Source: an uncultured Candidatus Saccharibacteria bacterium (GTDB lineage: Bacteria > Patescibacteriota > CAZHWT01). Taken from it: a DNA stretch of 64,000 bases. Made by a program: the position numbers and the translations under genes. Under the pieces are notes generated by a model. That model was not told the origin of the DNA. It did no database searches and saw nothing but the letters and a program-made list of their open reading frames with translations. Of this stretch, positions 1 through 8,857 are shown piece by piece. The stretch spans positions 49,889-113,888 of the forward strand of contig CAZKPX010000002.1 of assembly GCA_964554805.1 (NCBI GenBank), read 5' to 3'. Each line of letters opens with the position of its first letter. Positions within the stretch are counted from its first letter, which is position 1.

Positions 1-1
1 A

Positions 2-358
2 CAAGATGACTCAGCTACTTCCCTGCTGATGCACAGATTAACAATTGCCTATACAAAGTATTTCAATGAAAAATATAATAGAAAGGGCAGTCTTGTTCAA
101 GGGCCCTTTCGAACAACTTATATTAACAACGAAGCATCTTTGCTACAAGAAAGCAGATACATTCACCTAAACCCAATTAGAGCCAGACTTACAGAAAGAG
201 TAGCAAATTACCCTTGGTCAAGTATTCAAGAATACTTAGGCAATGGTACACAGATCTGCCAAAGAGATGTTGTTATGAGCTATTTTGCAGGAGCAGCAGA
301 TTACTTAGGCTTCGTTGAGAGAATTCAACCTGACGATTTTCCACATAAACGAGAATAA
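2..358 (+). mobile_element. IS200-like / REP-associated tyrosine transposase (Y1 HUH transposase), C-terminal part; N-terminus lies outside the window
   Basis: The ORF is open to the window edge. The translation YTKYFNEKYNRKGSLVQGPFRTTYINNEASLLQESRYIHLNPIRARLTERVANYPWSS matches the conserved C-terminal block of COG1943/Y1_Tnp transposases (Y..YFN.RY.R.G.LWQGRF...Y..RYIHLNPV+AGLV...YPWSS), including the catalytic Tyr. A REP-like hairpin sits ~30 bp downstream. Confidence 0.75.
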
Positions 359-387
359 GCAGCAAACCATGACCAATGATTCAATCG

Positions 388-439
388 CTTATACAAGATT
401 TAATCCCGCACGACGCGTTAGGATTAAATCTTGTATAAG
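388..439. repeat. REP-like palindromic element: 19-bp perfect inverted repeat cttatacaagatttaatcc / ggattaaatcttgtataag around a GC-rich 14-nt loop
   Basis: Read directly: left arm 388-406, loop 407-420 (cgcacgacgcgtta, with an inner cgc/gcg stem), right arm 421-439. The core AGATTTAATCC...GGATTAAATCT recurs at 63380-63423. It lies just 3' of the RAYT-like ORF. Confidence 0.6.
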
Positions 440-505
440 TTGTATAAGCCATGTGGTTTGGAATGAGGCTTGACGAACTATTGGAGATAGGTGTAGTTTA
501 GAATT

Positions 506-892
506 ATGATTAATGCACTTATTACCTGGCTCGTTACAACTATTTTGGTTATTATTGGAAGTTATATTATTCCAGGCATTACGCTAAGCGGCGGAGACTT
601 TACTATATTTGGGATGTCGTTGGAAGGTTTTAATGTGGCCTTGGTTGTGGCTTTGATATTTGGTATTTTAAATGCCTTTGTCCGACCAGTTTTGGGAATT
701 ATCGCTCTTCCTATAACCATTTTGACGCTAGGATTATTTGCCCTGGTGCTCAATGCCGGCATGGTATGGCTGACCTCTTTGATTGTAACCGGTTTTGATA
801 TTGATGGGTTTTGGGCAGCGTTTTGGTTTGGATTGTATATGTCAGTTGCTTGCTCATTATTAGGTGCAGTATTGAGCAAGAATAAGGCTTAA
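506..892 (+). CDS. 4-TM membrane protein, phage holin superfamily IV-like (Phage_holin_4_2 / DUF360-like)
   Basis: 128 aa with four hydrophobic helices. The motifs GILNAFVRPVLGIIALPITILTLGLFALVLNA match what I recall of the PF04020 consensus (GLLNAF+RP ... LP.TILTLGLF.LV.NA). Confidence 0.55.
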   Translation: MINALITWLVTTILVIIGSYIIPGITLSGGDFTIFGMSLEGFNVALVVALIFGILNAFVRPVLGIIALPITILTLGLFALVLNAGMVWLTSLIVTGFDIDGFWAAFWFGLYMSVACSLLGAVLSKNKA

Positions 893-902
893 ACAGCTAG
901 GC

Positions 903-1835
903 TTAGTTGTTGTGATGGTGTCGATGCAGGAATCTATTTATGCCAAAGGCGATAGCTGTGGTTGACAACAAGCATATGCCTGCGATGCCAGCAATGCCAA
1001 GGGAAAAGACTGTTCTGTGCTGGATAACTTGATCGTCAGAGCCATCGTAGCGATAAGAGAGGACTATTGTGTAATTGCCGGGCCACCAAGCTGGCTGCAG
1101 TGAGTTGAGTTCAACTTGGTAGTCATGCGTATCATATGGCATCAACAATCCAGATTGTTGGTTAATGATACCTTTGGATATAGACTGACCAAGTGGATTC
1201 TTTAATTCTACTTGACCTCGGGGTACTAGGTGGGTGTTGCCTTGGTTGCTAAAACGAATTGAAGCCCCTTCAACTACTCCCCACCATTCCGATTTTGGAG
1301 CCAGCTCTTTGAAGGCAATGTTGTATACTTCTCCACCTTGCTTATTAACGAATAACAGACTACTTAGCGACTGATTGATAGAGATATCATTGTCGGGCGC
1401 TTCTAGGCTGGCGATTACGGCTGCATAGTGTCCGCCGGGCGTTAGTTGCGAATTATTATTGACGAGCACCTGTAGTTCTTGTTGGCTTTTGGCTGGTATG
1501 TTGAAAACTTGCGGGCTGACTGTTAGCCACTCGGATAGGCGATGGTTGTCCCACGTGTCATCTGGTGTGGTGCCAAGAAAGACCAGTCCTCCGCCCTGTT
1601 CGAGATTGCCAAAATCTTTGAGACTGATATTTAGCCTGACTTCATGATCATTGTGATTGGTTATGATGATTGTTGAGCGGTGCAGTTGTTGGTCTGCCTC
1701 GAGGGACAGGCGCTGGACGGGCGGCGTGATAGATATGCCTGATTGGGGTGTTTGGGCTGATGCTGGCGTTATTAATAGTGGAGTAAGGCTTAGCAGTAAG
1801 CCAATCGTAATACTTAGTGGCAGTAATCGCTTCAT
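903..1835 (-). CDS. Secreted cell-surface protein with N-terminal signal peptide, C-terminal TM anchor and His-rich tail
   Basis: N-terminus MKRLLPLSITIGLLLSLTPLLITPASAQ is a signal peptide. The C-terminus has a hydrophobic helix (GIAGIAGICLLSTTAIAFGI) followed by RFLHRHHHNN. It is a paralog of the 1837..2910 gene. Confidence 0.5.
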   Translation of the reverse strand: MKRLLPLSITIGLLLSLTPLLITPASAQTPQSGISITPPVQRLSLEADQQLHRSTIIITNHNDHEVRLNISLKDFGNLEQGGGLVFLGTTPDDTWDNHRLSEWLTVSPQVFNIPAKSQQELQVLVNNNSQLTPGGHYAAVIASLEAPDNDISINQSLSSLLFVNKQGGEVYNIAFKELAPKSEWWGVVEGASIRFSNQGNTHLVPRGQVELKNPLGQSISKGIINQQSGLLMPYDTHDYQVELNSLQPAWWPGNYTIVLSYRYDGSDDQVIQHRTVFSLGIAGIAGICLLSTTAIAFGINRFLHRHHHNN

Positions 1836-1836
1836 A

Positions 1837-2910
1837 TTAGAAATCTGAGGTATCTCGCCTATTTTGTGAGAGCTTCCATATGCTTCGAATTATCATGACA
1901 ATACCAAACAAGGTTAACCCGCCGATAACCAGGATAGCCAAAATAATTCTCCAAGGGATAACCCAGAAATCGACGCTATCCTCAAGCAGGACATCTCTCG
2001 TTCCATCATCGTAGACAAGTGCTATATGAGCGGTGTATTTACCAAAACGCAGCTGATCTGCGCTTTTAAAATCCCATTCCAGCTCAGCCTTGGGGACTTG
2101 GTTTTCTTGTATTGATGGTTCGGAGTATCGAGGAAAGCCTTGATTCCAGGTGTTCGTAAAGGTCCGTTTGGAGCTGGGCAGAATATTGCCCTGCAACTCA
2201 TTGACCTTCAGACTATCTATCACTTCTTCGCTTCCGCTTCGTGATATATAAATTTCGCCACCGACTCGACTATGGACATTGCCTATATTGCTCAGTACGA
2301 CCGAGAAGGTGGCAGGGAGGAATTCGTACCAATCTTTGTCCGCTGTGAAAGAGTCTATGGATAGTTGGCGCTTGGCATTGGGAGAATCGACTTCAAGCAG
2401 GACTAGGGTGGCAGTGGCGCCGATAATTAAAGCTTGATCGGTCTGATCTTTTTTGCCATCTTTATTTACCCGGCTAAAGGTGGCTGCATAATAATAGCCA
2501 AAGGCCGCCGTAGTGGGCACTTTGATGGTCATTTTGGTCGTGTGTCACTGATTTGGAGTCAAGGTGAATTGCTTGTCAGAAAAGGTAACCCAGTCGAAAT
2601 AGTCGTCGCTTGGCTGCCGTTCGGCAAGCTTGGCAACTCCTGTTAATCCATCGGCGGAAAACTTGAGCAAGCCTACCTCCAGGGTTTCATTTTGGGTGCT
2701 ACTGTTTCGAATGCGTAGCTCAGTGGTGACGGTTTGACCTGGCTTAGCCGTTAAGGAGATTGGAAGAGGTGAGGTGGTTAATCTGAGCCCCTGGTTGGTA
2801 TTTTGTTGCGCCTCTACTGTCAAAGGAAGGGCGGATGCTACAGTAACTGCTGCAAGTGTAAGTAAGGAGAGGCGCCGTAAGGTAATCATTTCTGAACTAT
2901 GATAGCACAC
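1837..2910 (-). pseudogene. Paralog of the 903..1835 surface protein, split by a single in-frame TGA at 2545-2547 (ORFs 2545..2910 and 1837..2532 are in the same frame)
   Basis: The upstream ORF carries the signal peptide (MITLRRLSLLTLAAVTVASALPLTVEA) and ends ...FTLTPNQ-TGA. Four codons later (HTTK) an ATG resumes the same frame (MTIKVPTTAAFGYYYAATFS...), which ends with a TM anchor. The intact paralog aligns across the stop (GGHYAAVIAS vs FGYYYAATFS). Confidence 0.5.
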
Positions 2911-2964
2911 CGCGATAGGGATGTGGTAGAAGATCTGTGCGAATTATGGTTGTGAAAAGGGTGA

Positions 2965-3873
2965 TTAGAAAGAACCTGCGGCTACCAAGGTGACAGTATC
3001 TGAGTAGTCGGCAGCAGGAGGTGTGCTGGTGCTAATGGCGGCCCGGAAGATTAGTGAAGTGACATCACCAGTGCCAGTGGCGGTACCGTTGGAGCTGGAG
3101 ACGGGACGATATTGAGTTGGATCAAGAGTGCCGACCTTATTGGTTGATCCATCATAGGCTGCATTGACGGTTGGGCTTCCTGTGCCTGTATTATGGGTAA
3201 CCGTGGCACCCATACCATACCCTTCAGTGCCAGCTGTTAGTATTGCTGAGGCTGCTCCAGGAGCGGCGCTGCTGGCGATATAGGAGCCCGAGCCAGCTGA
3301 CATTAACGCTCCTCTGCCTGAACCGTTGTTGTTGGCATCTCTGGCCCACAGATACCAACCTGAGGCAGCATTGGTGGTGATAGTAGCAGTGATAGGTGTG
3401 GTTGCGCTGACGCCTCCGGAATCAAGAATACCGAGTGCAGCTGAGTTGGCGCTAAGGGCAAAGGTAAAGGTTGCTCCGACCGAAGCGGTGACTACGACTT
3501 GATCATCGGCAATAACACGAGTCGTAACGGTAGATGTATCAATGGTGGCTGGGACGGACGTGCGAGTGGTGACTGTGACAGGATAAGCATTGGGAGTGGC
3601 GTGGGTTGTAATACCAGTGGCGATATTAATGCCGTATAGAGTTCCGACGGTTAAATCGGTTATTCCAGAAATGGTAACTACCTGGGCCGCCCCGGCTGCG
3701 GTATGTGATCCTGGCATGACCGTAGCTCCGTCAATAGCGACTCCAGTCGTGTTGACCGTTGGCGAGGCTGATACAGTAAATCCAGCTGGGAATGTAACCT
3801 GCATGCTGGCTTCGGTGGCTACTGTTGTTGGGCGGATGAGTATGCGCACATTGGTGGCCGTTGAGGCTTTCAT
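2965..3873 (-). CDS. Thr/Ala/Gly-rich secreted surface protein; true N-terminus probably lies at ATG 4017-4019 in the +1 frame, separated by a frameshift in an A6 tract (3989-3994)
   Basis: Upstream of the annotated Met the same frame encodes a signal peptide (HGNIYIHSSKKLALSLALLSIASLAIQAIIFPLNVKAAAFQ) with no in-frame ATG/GTG/TTG. An ATG at 4017-4019 (METFIYTHQK...) would join this frame if the A6 run were A7. The C-terminus ...DYSDTVTLVAAGSF resembles the C-terminus of 4196..5251 (...YQELLTIIASAGF). Confidence 0.5.
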   Translation of the reverse strand: MKASTATNVRILIRPTTVATEASMQVTFPAGFTVSASPTVNTTGVAIDGATVMPGSHTAAGAAQVVTISGITDLTVGTLYGINIATGITTHATPNAYPVTVTTRTSVPATIDTSTVTTRVIADDQVVVTASVGATFTFALSANSAALGILDSGGVSATTPITATITTNAASGWYLWARDANNNGSGRGALMSAGSGSYIASSAAPGAASAILTAGTEGYGMGATVTHNTGTGSPTVNAAYDGSTNKVGTLDPTQYRPVSSSNGTATGTGDVTSLIFRAAISTSTPPAADYSDTVTLVAAGSF

Positions 3874-4195
3874 TCGATCAAATCGGACTGTTGCACTCTG
3901 AAAAGCGGCGGCCTTGACGTTGAGCGGGAATATGATAGCCTGAATGGCTAAAGAAGCAATAGAAAGTAGCGCAAGAGACAGCGCTAACTTTTTTGATGAG
4001 TGTATATAAATGTTTCCATGTAGGTCAGTTAGTTAACAAAATAGGAGGATTACTGGAGTTAGCAGCTTGCCTGTTAACATTGTCTACCTTCTTGATTTCC
4101 ATGTCAATAGTTTATTTATGATTGTGGCTAAAGCCGGGCCTCATTTTGCTTACAGAGGTCTTTAAATCAACGCCAAGAGGTTATTACTAATCGTA

Positions 4196-5251
4196 TTAGA
4201 ATCCTGCCGAAGCGATGATGGTTAACAATTCTTGGTAGTCACTACCAGCCGGAGCGCTTGATGATGGTTTGGCTTTAACGAGCAAAGAGGCTCGGCCATT
4301 TGTGACTGGTCCAGCGGTGTTGGCTAATTTGGTATAGCTGGTTGGTATGGCTGCTACATTATCAGCAGCTAAGCTGAAGGATGGCTCAAATGCGAATGGC
4401 CCTCCACTAGACTGAACAATAGTGTCTCCGCGGAGTCCAAACCCCTCACTGGCGACCGCTAGATTGGCCGCAGTGCTGGTTATGTTATACCCAGTTGCCG
4501 CGCTATTAAGGCTACCATTCTGGCCAACGATATAGATAGTACCACCAGTTCCGGTGTTGCTATCAAGAGTGAGCCAGATTTTGTTGGTGGCGGTGGTGAC
4601 AGTGCCGGCCAAGAGTGTGCCAAGTGAAAGGATGTATGGCGGTGATGTTGGTGTATCTGTGGCTGATATGTCAATGTCAAAGGTTAAGGTGGCATTGACA
4701 GTGCTGGCGTTGGCGGAAGGTCCAAAGCCAGATTCAGTGAAATTGCCATGCAGGGCTTTGACTTTGACTTGATAGTTGGTCGACGGCAGTAGCCCTACCA
4801 CATTAAAACCACTGTCGCCGCCCCAGGCGGCATAGCTTTGATAATCGGTTATTGTCAGACTGCTGCCGATAGCTTGATCAGACTTTACATATTGCGTGGT
4901 GACAAAGTTGTCGCTGGATATGGCTATAGCATACAGCGCATCGGAAGGATTGCCGCTGGTATTGACTATAATCTGCAGCTGATCATAGTAGCTGGCGGGA
5001 TTAGAAACTGTTGGCGCTGCGGGGACGAAAGCCATTTGGGTAAAACCGAAGCCCAGCCCACCATTGTAGGTGGTGCCACTCATCGGCGTGCCTTGCTCAG
5101 ACACTAAGCCTTCAAATGAGTACTGACTTGATTTGCCTACGCCACCGCCACCGCCAAAGTCTAGTTCTCGAAGGGAGTAGTTGCTGCTAACGGGGGTGAC
5201 TAGTATTAATAACGAAATGGCAAGGAGATGGTTAAGGCGAAGTTTCTTCAT
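4196..5251 (-). CDS. Secreted Thr/Gly/Ser-rich surface protein, paralog of 2965..3873
   Basis: Signal peptide MKKLRLNHLLAISLLILVTPVSS, low-complexity T/S/G-rich body, shared C-terminal motif ending AGF. Confidence 0.55.
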   Translation of the reverse strand: MKKLRLNHLLAISLLILVTPVSSNYSLRELDFGGGGGVGKSSQYSFEGLVSEQGTPMSGTTYNGGLGFGFTQMAFVPAAPTVSNPASYYDQLQIIVNTSGNPSDALYAIAISSDNFVTTQYVKSDQAIGSSLTITDYQSYAAWGGDSGFNVVGLLPSTNYQVKVKALHGNFTESGFGPSANASTVNATLTFDIDISATDTPTSPPYILSLGTLLAGTVTTATNKIWLTLDSNTGTGGTIYIVGQNGSLNSAATGYNITSTAANLAVASEGFGLRGDTIVQSSGGPFAFEPSFSLAADNVAAIPTSYTKLANTAGPVTNGRASLLVKAKPSSSAPAGSDYQELLTIIASAGF

Positions 5252-6347
5252 GAGTTGGGGATGGTTTATTTATTGTACCATCGTTTTGGATACGTCCTTT
5301 TATCGGCACTTCTAAGCATTGTCCTCGTAAAATATGCGAGATAGTAAGTGGTTGTTTCCAAATAGGCTGGTCAGGAGAATCATTTAAAGCCACAGCAATA
5401 TCGTAATGGCCTGGTTGAAGGCGTAGTTGATAGCGGCCGAACTGGTCGGTGGTGGTGGATTTGATGGCGCCCTCTCGCTGTTGATCCGTTTGATAGACCT
5501 GAACGGTTGCTTGGCCCATTAGCTGACCGTTAATGATAGCTTCGCCAAAGGTGAGGGTTTGTCGTCTCCAAAATAGCCAAAGCTGCAAGATAAATTTTCT
5601 GTGAATAATCCAAGAAATGAGTCCAATAAGTAGGAGGCCAACCAGCAGGCTTAACCAGCCGACTTCGGTGATAGTTGGTCCATGAGTGGATGGGGATGGG
5701 GCTGTATGAGTGGGTTGAGGAGTGATGGTGGGGTCGATCGGCGAAGCTGGCTGGTTGCCGGTAGGGCTTGGTGTCGAAATAAGGGTTGGTGTGGTTGCCG
5801 GTTTGGCTGATGGTTTGTAGGTGTATCGTAACGGCTGTGAGACTAGCTGTGTTCCGGAGCTGGTCAGAGAGGTTGTGATGGCAAGATCGATGTGCTGGTT
5901 GGCTAAACCCTGAGGGTCGACTGATAATTGCCAGGTGACTGTGCGGCCAGTGCCGGGAGGCATGAGGCTAATATACCAGGTGATTGTCTGCTGAGCTAAA
6001 TTAATTTGCGGTTGTGAGCCTTGGATGGCGGGAGTGGCGCTGTTTTGTATGTACTGTAAAATATGTGGGCTCAAGGGAGATTGCTGCCAATTGACGATCA
6101 GGGCAACGCTGTCAGTCTGAGTGCTAATATATGAGCCGTAGTTCAGGGTAAAGGTTATTATTTGGCCGGTGTTTACGGTTGATGAAGCGGCATTGCTGGT
6201 GACATTGACTTGAAAATGTTCCGGTCTGGCAGCTACCAGGGCGGTTATTTGAAGATCGGCAGCCATACTTGTCGAGGTGGTCAAGCCAATCAGTAAGCAC
6301 AGTGATAGAGTAAGAGCAGAAATGGTGCGAAACAAAGAGGCAGGCAT
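5232..6347 (-). CDS. Secreted, membrane-anchored protein with a C-terminal carboxypeptidase-regulatory-like (CarboxypepD_reg-like) beta-sandwich domain
   Basis: Signal peptide, a P/T linker, a TM segment (WLSLLVGLLLIGLISWII), then GQATVQVYQTD...GRYQLRLQPGHYDIAVAL, typical of CarbopepD_reg-like domains. Confidence 0.45.
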   Translation of the reverse strand: MPASLFRTISALTLSLCLLIGLTTSTSMAADLQITALVAARPEHFQVNVTSNAASSTVNTGQIITFTLNYGSYISTQTDSVALIVNWQQSPLSPHILQYIQNSATPAIQGSQPQINLAQQTITWYISLMPPGTGRTVTWQLSVDPQGLANQHIDLAITTSLTSSGTQLVSQPLRYTYKPSAKPATTPTLISTPSPTGNQPASPIDPTITPQPTHTAPSPSTHGPTITEVGWLSLLVGLLLIGLISWIIHRKFILQLWLFWRRQTLTFGEAIINGQLMGQATVQVYQTDQQREGAIKSTTTDQFGRYQLRLQPGHYDIAVALNDSPDQPIWKQPLTISHILRGQCLEVPIKGRIQNDGTINKPSPTHEETSP

Positions 6348-6483
6348 GTGAAGATATTATGGCTTGAATATGTCAGGCCTGCAAGCTGGGCGGGTCTGGT
6401 ATCGAGTATTACATATAGGCTATACTAATGATGTAGCTGCGTGGTTGTATATGTATCGCACGAAAATAAATTTCAATTTTATA

Positions 6484-7893
6484 AAAATGGGAGCAAGTCT
6501 GAGTTTGATGCTGACTGTATTGGGCTTGGTTGCGGTTGGGATGACGTCTCCAGTTATAGCTGCTTCGCCAATCTCTATCGTTGCAAGCACTCCAGCGCAT
6601 AGCCAGGTGGGTGTCGGCGTTGATGTGTTGGCTGGCGGCATTTCTTTGCAGCATCAATTGACCAATGGTTCTGATCCGCAGATTTATTGTTGGCCAAGCA
6701 TTGATTCGCTCACTGATCAGGCTATCACTTTATCTGAGACGGCCAATGCATCTATTGTTCATCCTGTGTATACCGCTAGTTGGAATAAGCCTAATGTTGT
6801 TCCGACACCCTCCCCTACTACTGTAAGTAAGGGTAGTTTTGTATTGAGAAATGTCCAGCCGGGCTACCAACTTCAGGCCAATACTCGTTACACTTTAGCT
6901 GTCAAAGGCGGGGTAGCTGGCATGCAGTTTGTTTGCAGTGATAGTCAGAGTACTCTTTTATCGTCGGATTATTCGATGCAATTCCAAACCGGACCAGATA
7001 CTGTCCCGCCCACTATTTCCAATGCACAGGCAGTGGGGACCCTTAATAATGGCTTGGTGGAGTGGTCTACGGCTGAGCTGACCACTGGTAAGGTAGAATA
7101 CGGAACGACAACAAGCTATGGCCAGACCATTTTGAGTACGAGTGCGGTCCAAGATCATGCTATTGTCCTGCCCAATTTGCAACCAGGTACAACCTATTAT
7201 TATCGCATAACCAGCACCGATACGGCGCCCACGCACAATAGTAGTCAGCAGTCAGGAAGTTTTGCTACTTGGTCAATGGGGTCGGTGATCGTATCAGATG
7301 TAACTGGTCATGAGGTAACTATCCGATGGACAACCAGTGTGCCGACTGATTCTATAATTGAATATGGGACAAGCCCGAGTTTTGGTTTGCGGTCTGGCGG
7401 CACAGATCTTATTCAGCAGCATAATGTGCGTTTGGTGCATCTTAAATCAAACACAAATTATTTTTTTAGAATTAAAGCTACTACCGCTGATGGGGTGGCT
7501 GTAACACAGGCATTACGATTTGCCACCAGAGATGCCTTGGCTGGTCCATCTCCGGACGTTATAACATTTGAACCTGAAATTCTTGGGGTGGCTGACGAAT
7601 GGAACAGATTTAATCTCAAAGATTTTCCGAATGACATGATGGAAGCTAGCTCCTCATCACAAGCTAGTGAAGGGGCAGTCTTGTCTGCTCGTGATGGCGA
7701 TCAGTCGCTGATGAGTCGAGTGTCGAAGGCTACCGGCCAGGCAGTTGATCAATATGGATGGTTATTGTGGTATGTGGTGCCGCTGCTTATAATTGTAGCC
7801 TTGGTGGCGGCATTCTATTTGTACTACAAGCATGACTTGCGTATGAATGGTTTGAGACTTGAACTAAAGCGTCAGTCGTCACGGCAGAAATAG
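6484..7893 (+). CDS. Surface protein with signal peptide, fibronectin type III-like repeats and a C-terminal TM anchor
   Basis: Probable start is the internal Met MGASLSLMLTVLGLVAVGMTSPVIAASP. The ORF track begins at 6364, which would cover the divergent promoter region. Repeats of ...GKVEYGTTTSYGQT...LQPGTTYYYRITSTD... are FN3-like. C-terminus has WLLWYVVPLLIIVALVAAFYLYY. Confidence 0.5.
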   Translation, partial: KMGASLSLMLTVLGLVAVGMTSPVIAASPISIVASTPAHSQVGVGVDVLAGGISLQHQLTNGSDPQIYCWPSIDSLTDQAITLSETANASIVHPVYTASWNKPNVVPTPSPTTVSKGSFVLRNVQPGYQLQANTRYTLAVKGGVAGMQFVCSDSQSTLLSSDYSMQFQTGPDTVPPTISNAQAVGTLNNGLVEWSTAELTTGKVEYGTTTSYGQTILSTSAVQDHAIVLPNLQPGTTYYYRITSTDTAPTHNSSQQSGSFATWSMGSVIVSDVTGHEVTIRWTTSVPTDSIIEYGTSPSFGLRSGGTDLIQQHNVRLVHLKSNTNYFFRIKATTADGVAVTQALRFATRDALAGPSPDVITFEPEILGVADEWNRFNLKDFPNDMMEASSSSQASEGAVLSARDGDQSLMSRVSKATGQAVDQYGWLLWYVVPLLIIVALVAAFYLYYKHDLRMNGLRLELKRQSSRQK

Positions 7894-7958
7894 TGTTGTA
7901 GCGCAATGATCTTATAAAAGGGCCGGGTTGAATGTGTGGCCTGGTGTATACTAATTTT

Positions 7959-8777
7959 ATGATTAATTTTGATGTATTAAGTGTGATGCAGGCGCTGATT
8001 CTGGCTTTGGTGGAGGGATTGACTGAGTTTTTGCCCATTTCTTCGACTGGTCATTTAATTTTGACAACGAAATTTATGGGTATAGCGGATAGTGATTTTG
8101 TGACGACATTTAATATAGTTATTCAGCTGGGAGCGGTGTTGGCTATAGTCTTGTTGTATAAGGATAAATTGCTTCAAGGGCCGAAGGTATGGAAGAATAT
8201 TGTGATTGCTTTTATCCCAACCGGGATCATCGGACTAACTGTTTATCGAGTGGTCAAAGATGTGCTGTTGGCGCATCCTCTCAATGCAGCCATTACGGTT
8301 AGTACTTTGTTTGCGGGGGGTGTGTTGATATTGCTACTTGAGAAGTATTATTTCCCCAAACGGTTGGCTAAATCGGAAGCTGACGGCTCACCGGAAATTG
8401 AAGATATTTCGATTAAACAAGCTTTGGCTTTGGGGACCATTCAAACGTTAGCCGTCGTGCCGGGAGTGTCGCGGTCCGGGGCAACTATATTTGGTGGCAT
8501 GGCGCTAGGGTTAAATCGACAAACAGCTACCCAGTTTTCTTTTTTGCTGGCGATCCCAACTATGCTGGCAGCTAGTGGCTACGACTTATTGAAAAGCGGG
8601 ACTGATTTTAGTAGTGATGAATTTGGACTTTTGGCAGTAGGTTTTGTGGGCGCCTTTGTGTTTGCCTATATTGTGGCTAAGTGGTTTTTGAAGTTTGTGC
8701 AGAGCCATACCTTCGTTATCTTTGGATGGTATAGGATTGTGATGGCGGTTGTTATGTACTGGTTGTTGCTTAGTTAG
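7959..8777 (+). CDS. uppP: Undecaprenyl-diphosphatase (UppP/BacA)
   Basis: LALVEGLTEFLPISSTGHLIL and PGVSRSGATIFGG are the two hallmark UppP motifs; 8 TM helices. Start chosen at the Met that gives an N-terminus of typical length (the track starts at 7932). Confidence 0.85.
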   Translation: MINFDVLSVMQALILALVEGLTEFLPISSTGHLILTTKFMGIADSDFVTTFNIVIQLGAVLAIVLLYKDKLLQGPKVWKNIVIAFIPTGIIGLTVYRVVKDVLLAHPLNAAITVSTLFAGGVLILLLEKYYFPKRLAKSEADGSPEIEDISIKQALALGTIQTLAVVPGVSRSGATIFGGMALGLNRQTATQFSFLLAIPTMLAASGYDLLKSGTDFSSDEFGLLAVGFVGAFVFAYIVAKWFLKFVQSHTFVIFGWYRIVMAVVMYWLLLS

Positions 8778-8810
8778 TTTGAATCCAAGCATAAGTTGTC
8801 ATTATTAAAA

Positions 8811-8840
8811 AAGAAGGACCTTGAGGGTCCCTCTTTTTTG
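8811..8840. terminator. Bidirectional rho-independent terminator between uppP (+) and the 8858..9415 gene (-)
   Basis: aagaaggacc-ttgag-ggtccctctt stem (one mismatch), flanked by an A-tract upstream and a T-tract downstream. Confidence 0.6.
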
Positions 8841-8857
8841 GATGATGTCAATCTGGC

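Noticed and set aside
562-879. Numerous antisense or overlapping ORFs inside confidently assigned genes (e.g. 562..879, 1459..1647, 3590..3901, 12294..12674, 13168..14050, 15299..15929, 36577..36933, 58432..58938)
   Set aside because: They lie opposite or within genes with strong family signatures and have low-complexity or atypical composition. They are treated as frame-shadow ORFs.
2545-2547. Considered an alternative genetic code (UGA read as an amino acid, as in Gracilibacteria/SR1) to explain the in-frame TGA
   Set aside because: TGA is used as the terminal stop of several well-supported genes (e.g. the genes ending at 42890 and 53624), and long ORFs are intact throughout. A global recoding would fragment the ORF track, which it does not.
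2965-5251. WxL-domain or DUF916 assignment (csc-type cluster) for the T/A/G-rich surface proteins
   Set aside because: The single W-x-L-like strings are not at the C-terminus and no second WxL motif is present. Only a loose architectural analogy remains (kept as a low-interest finding).
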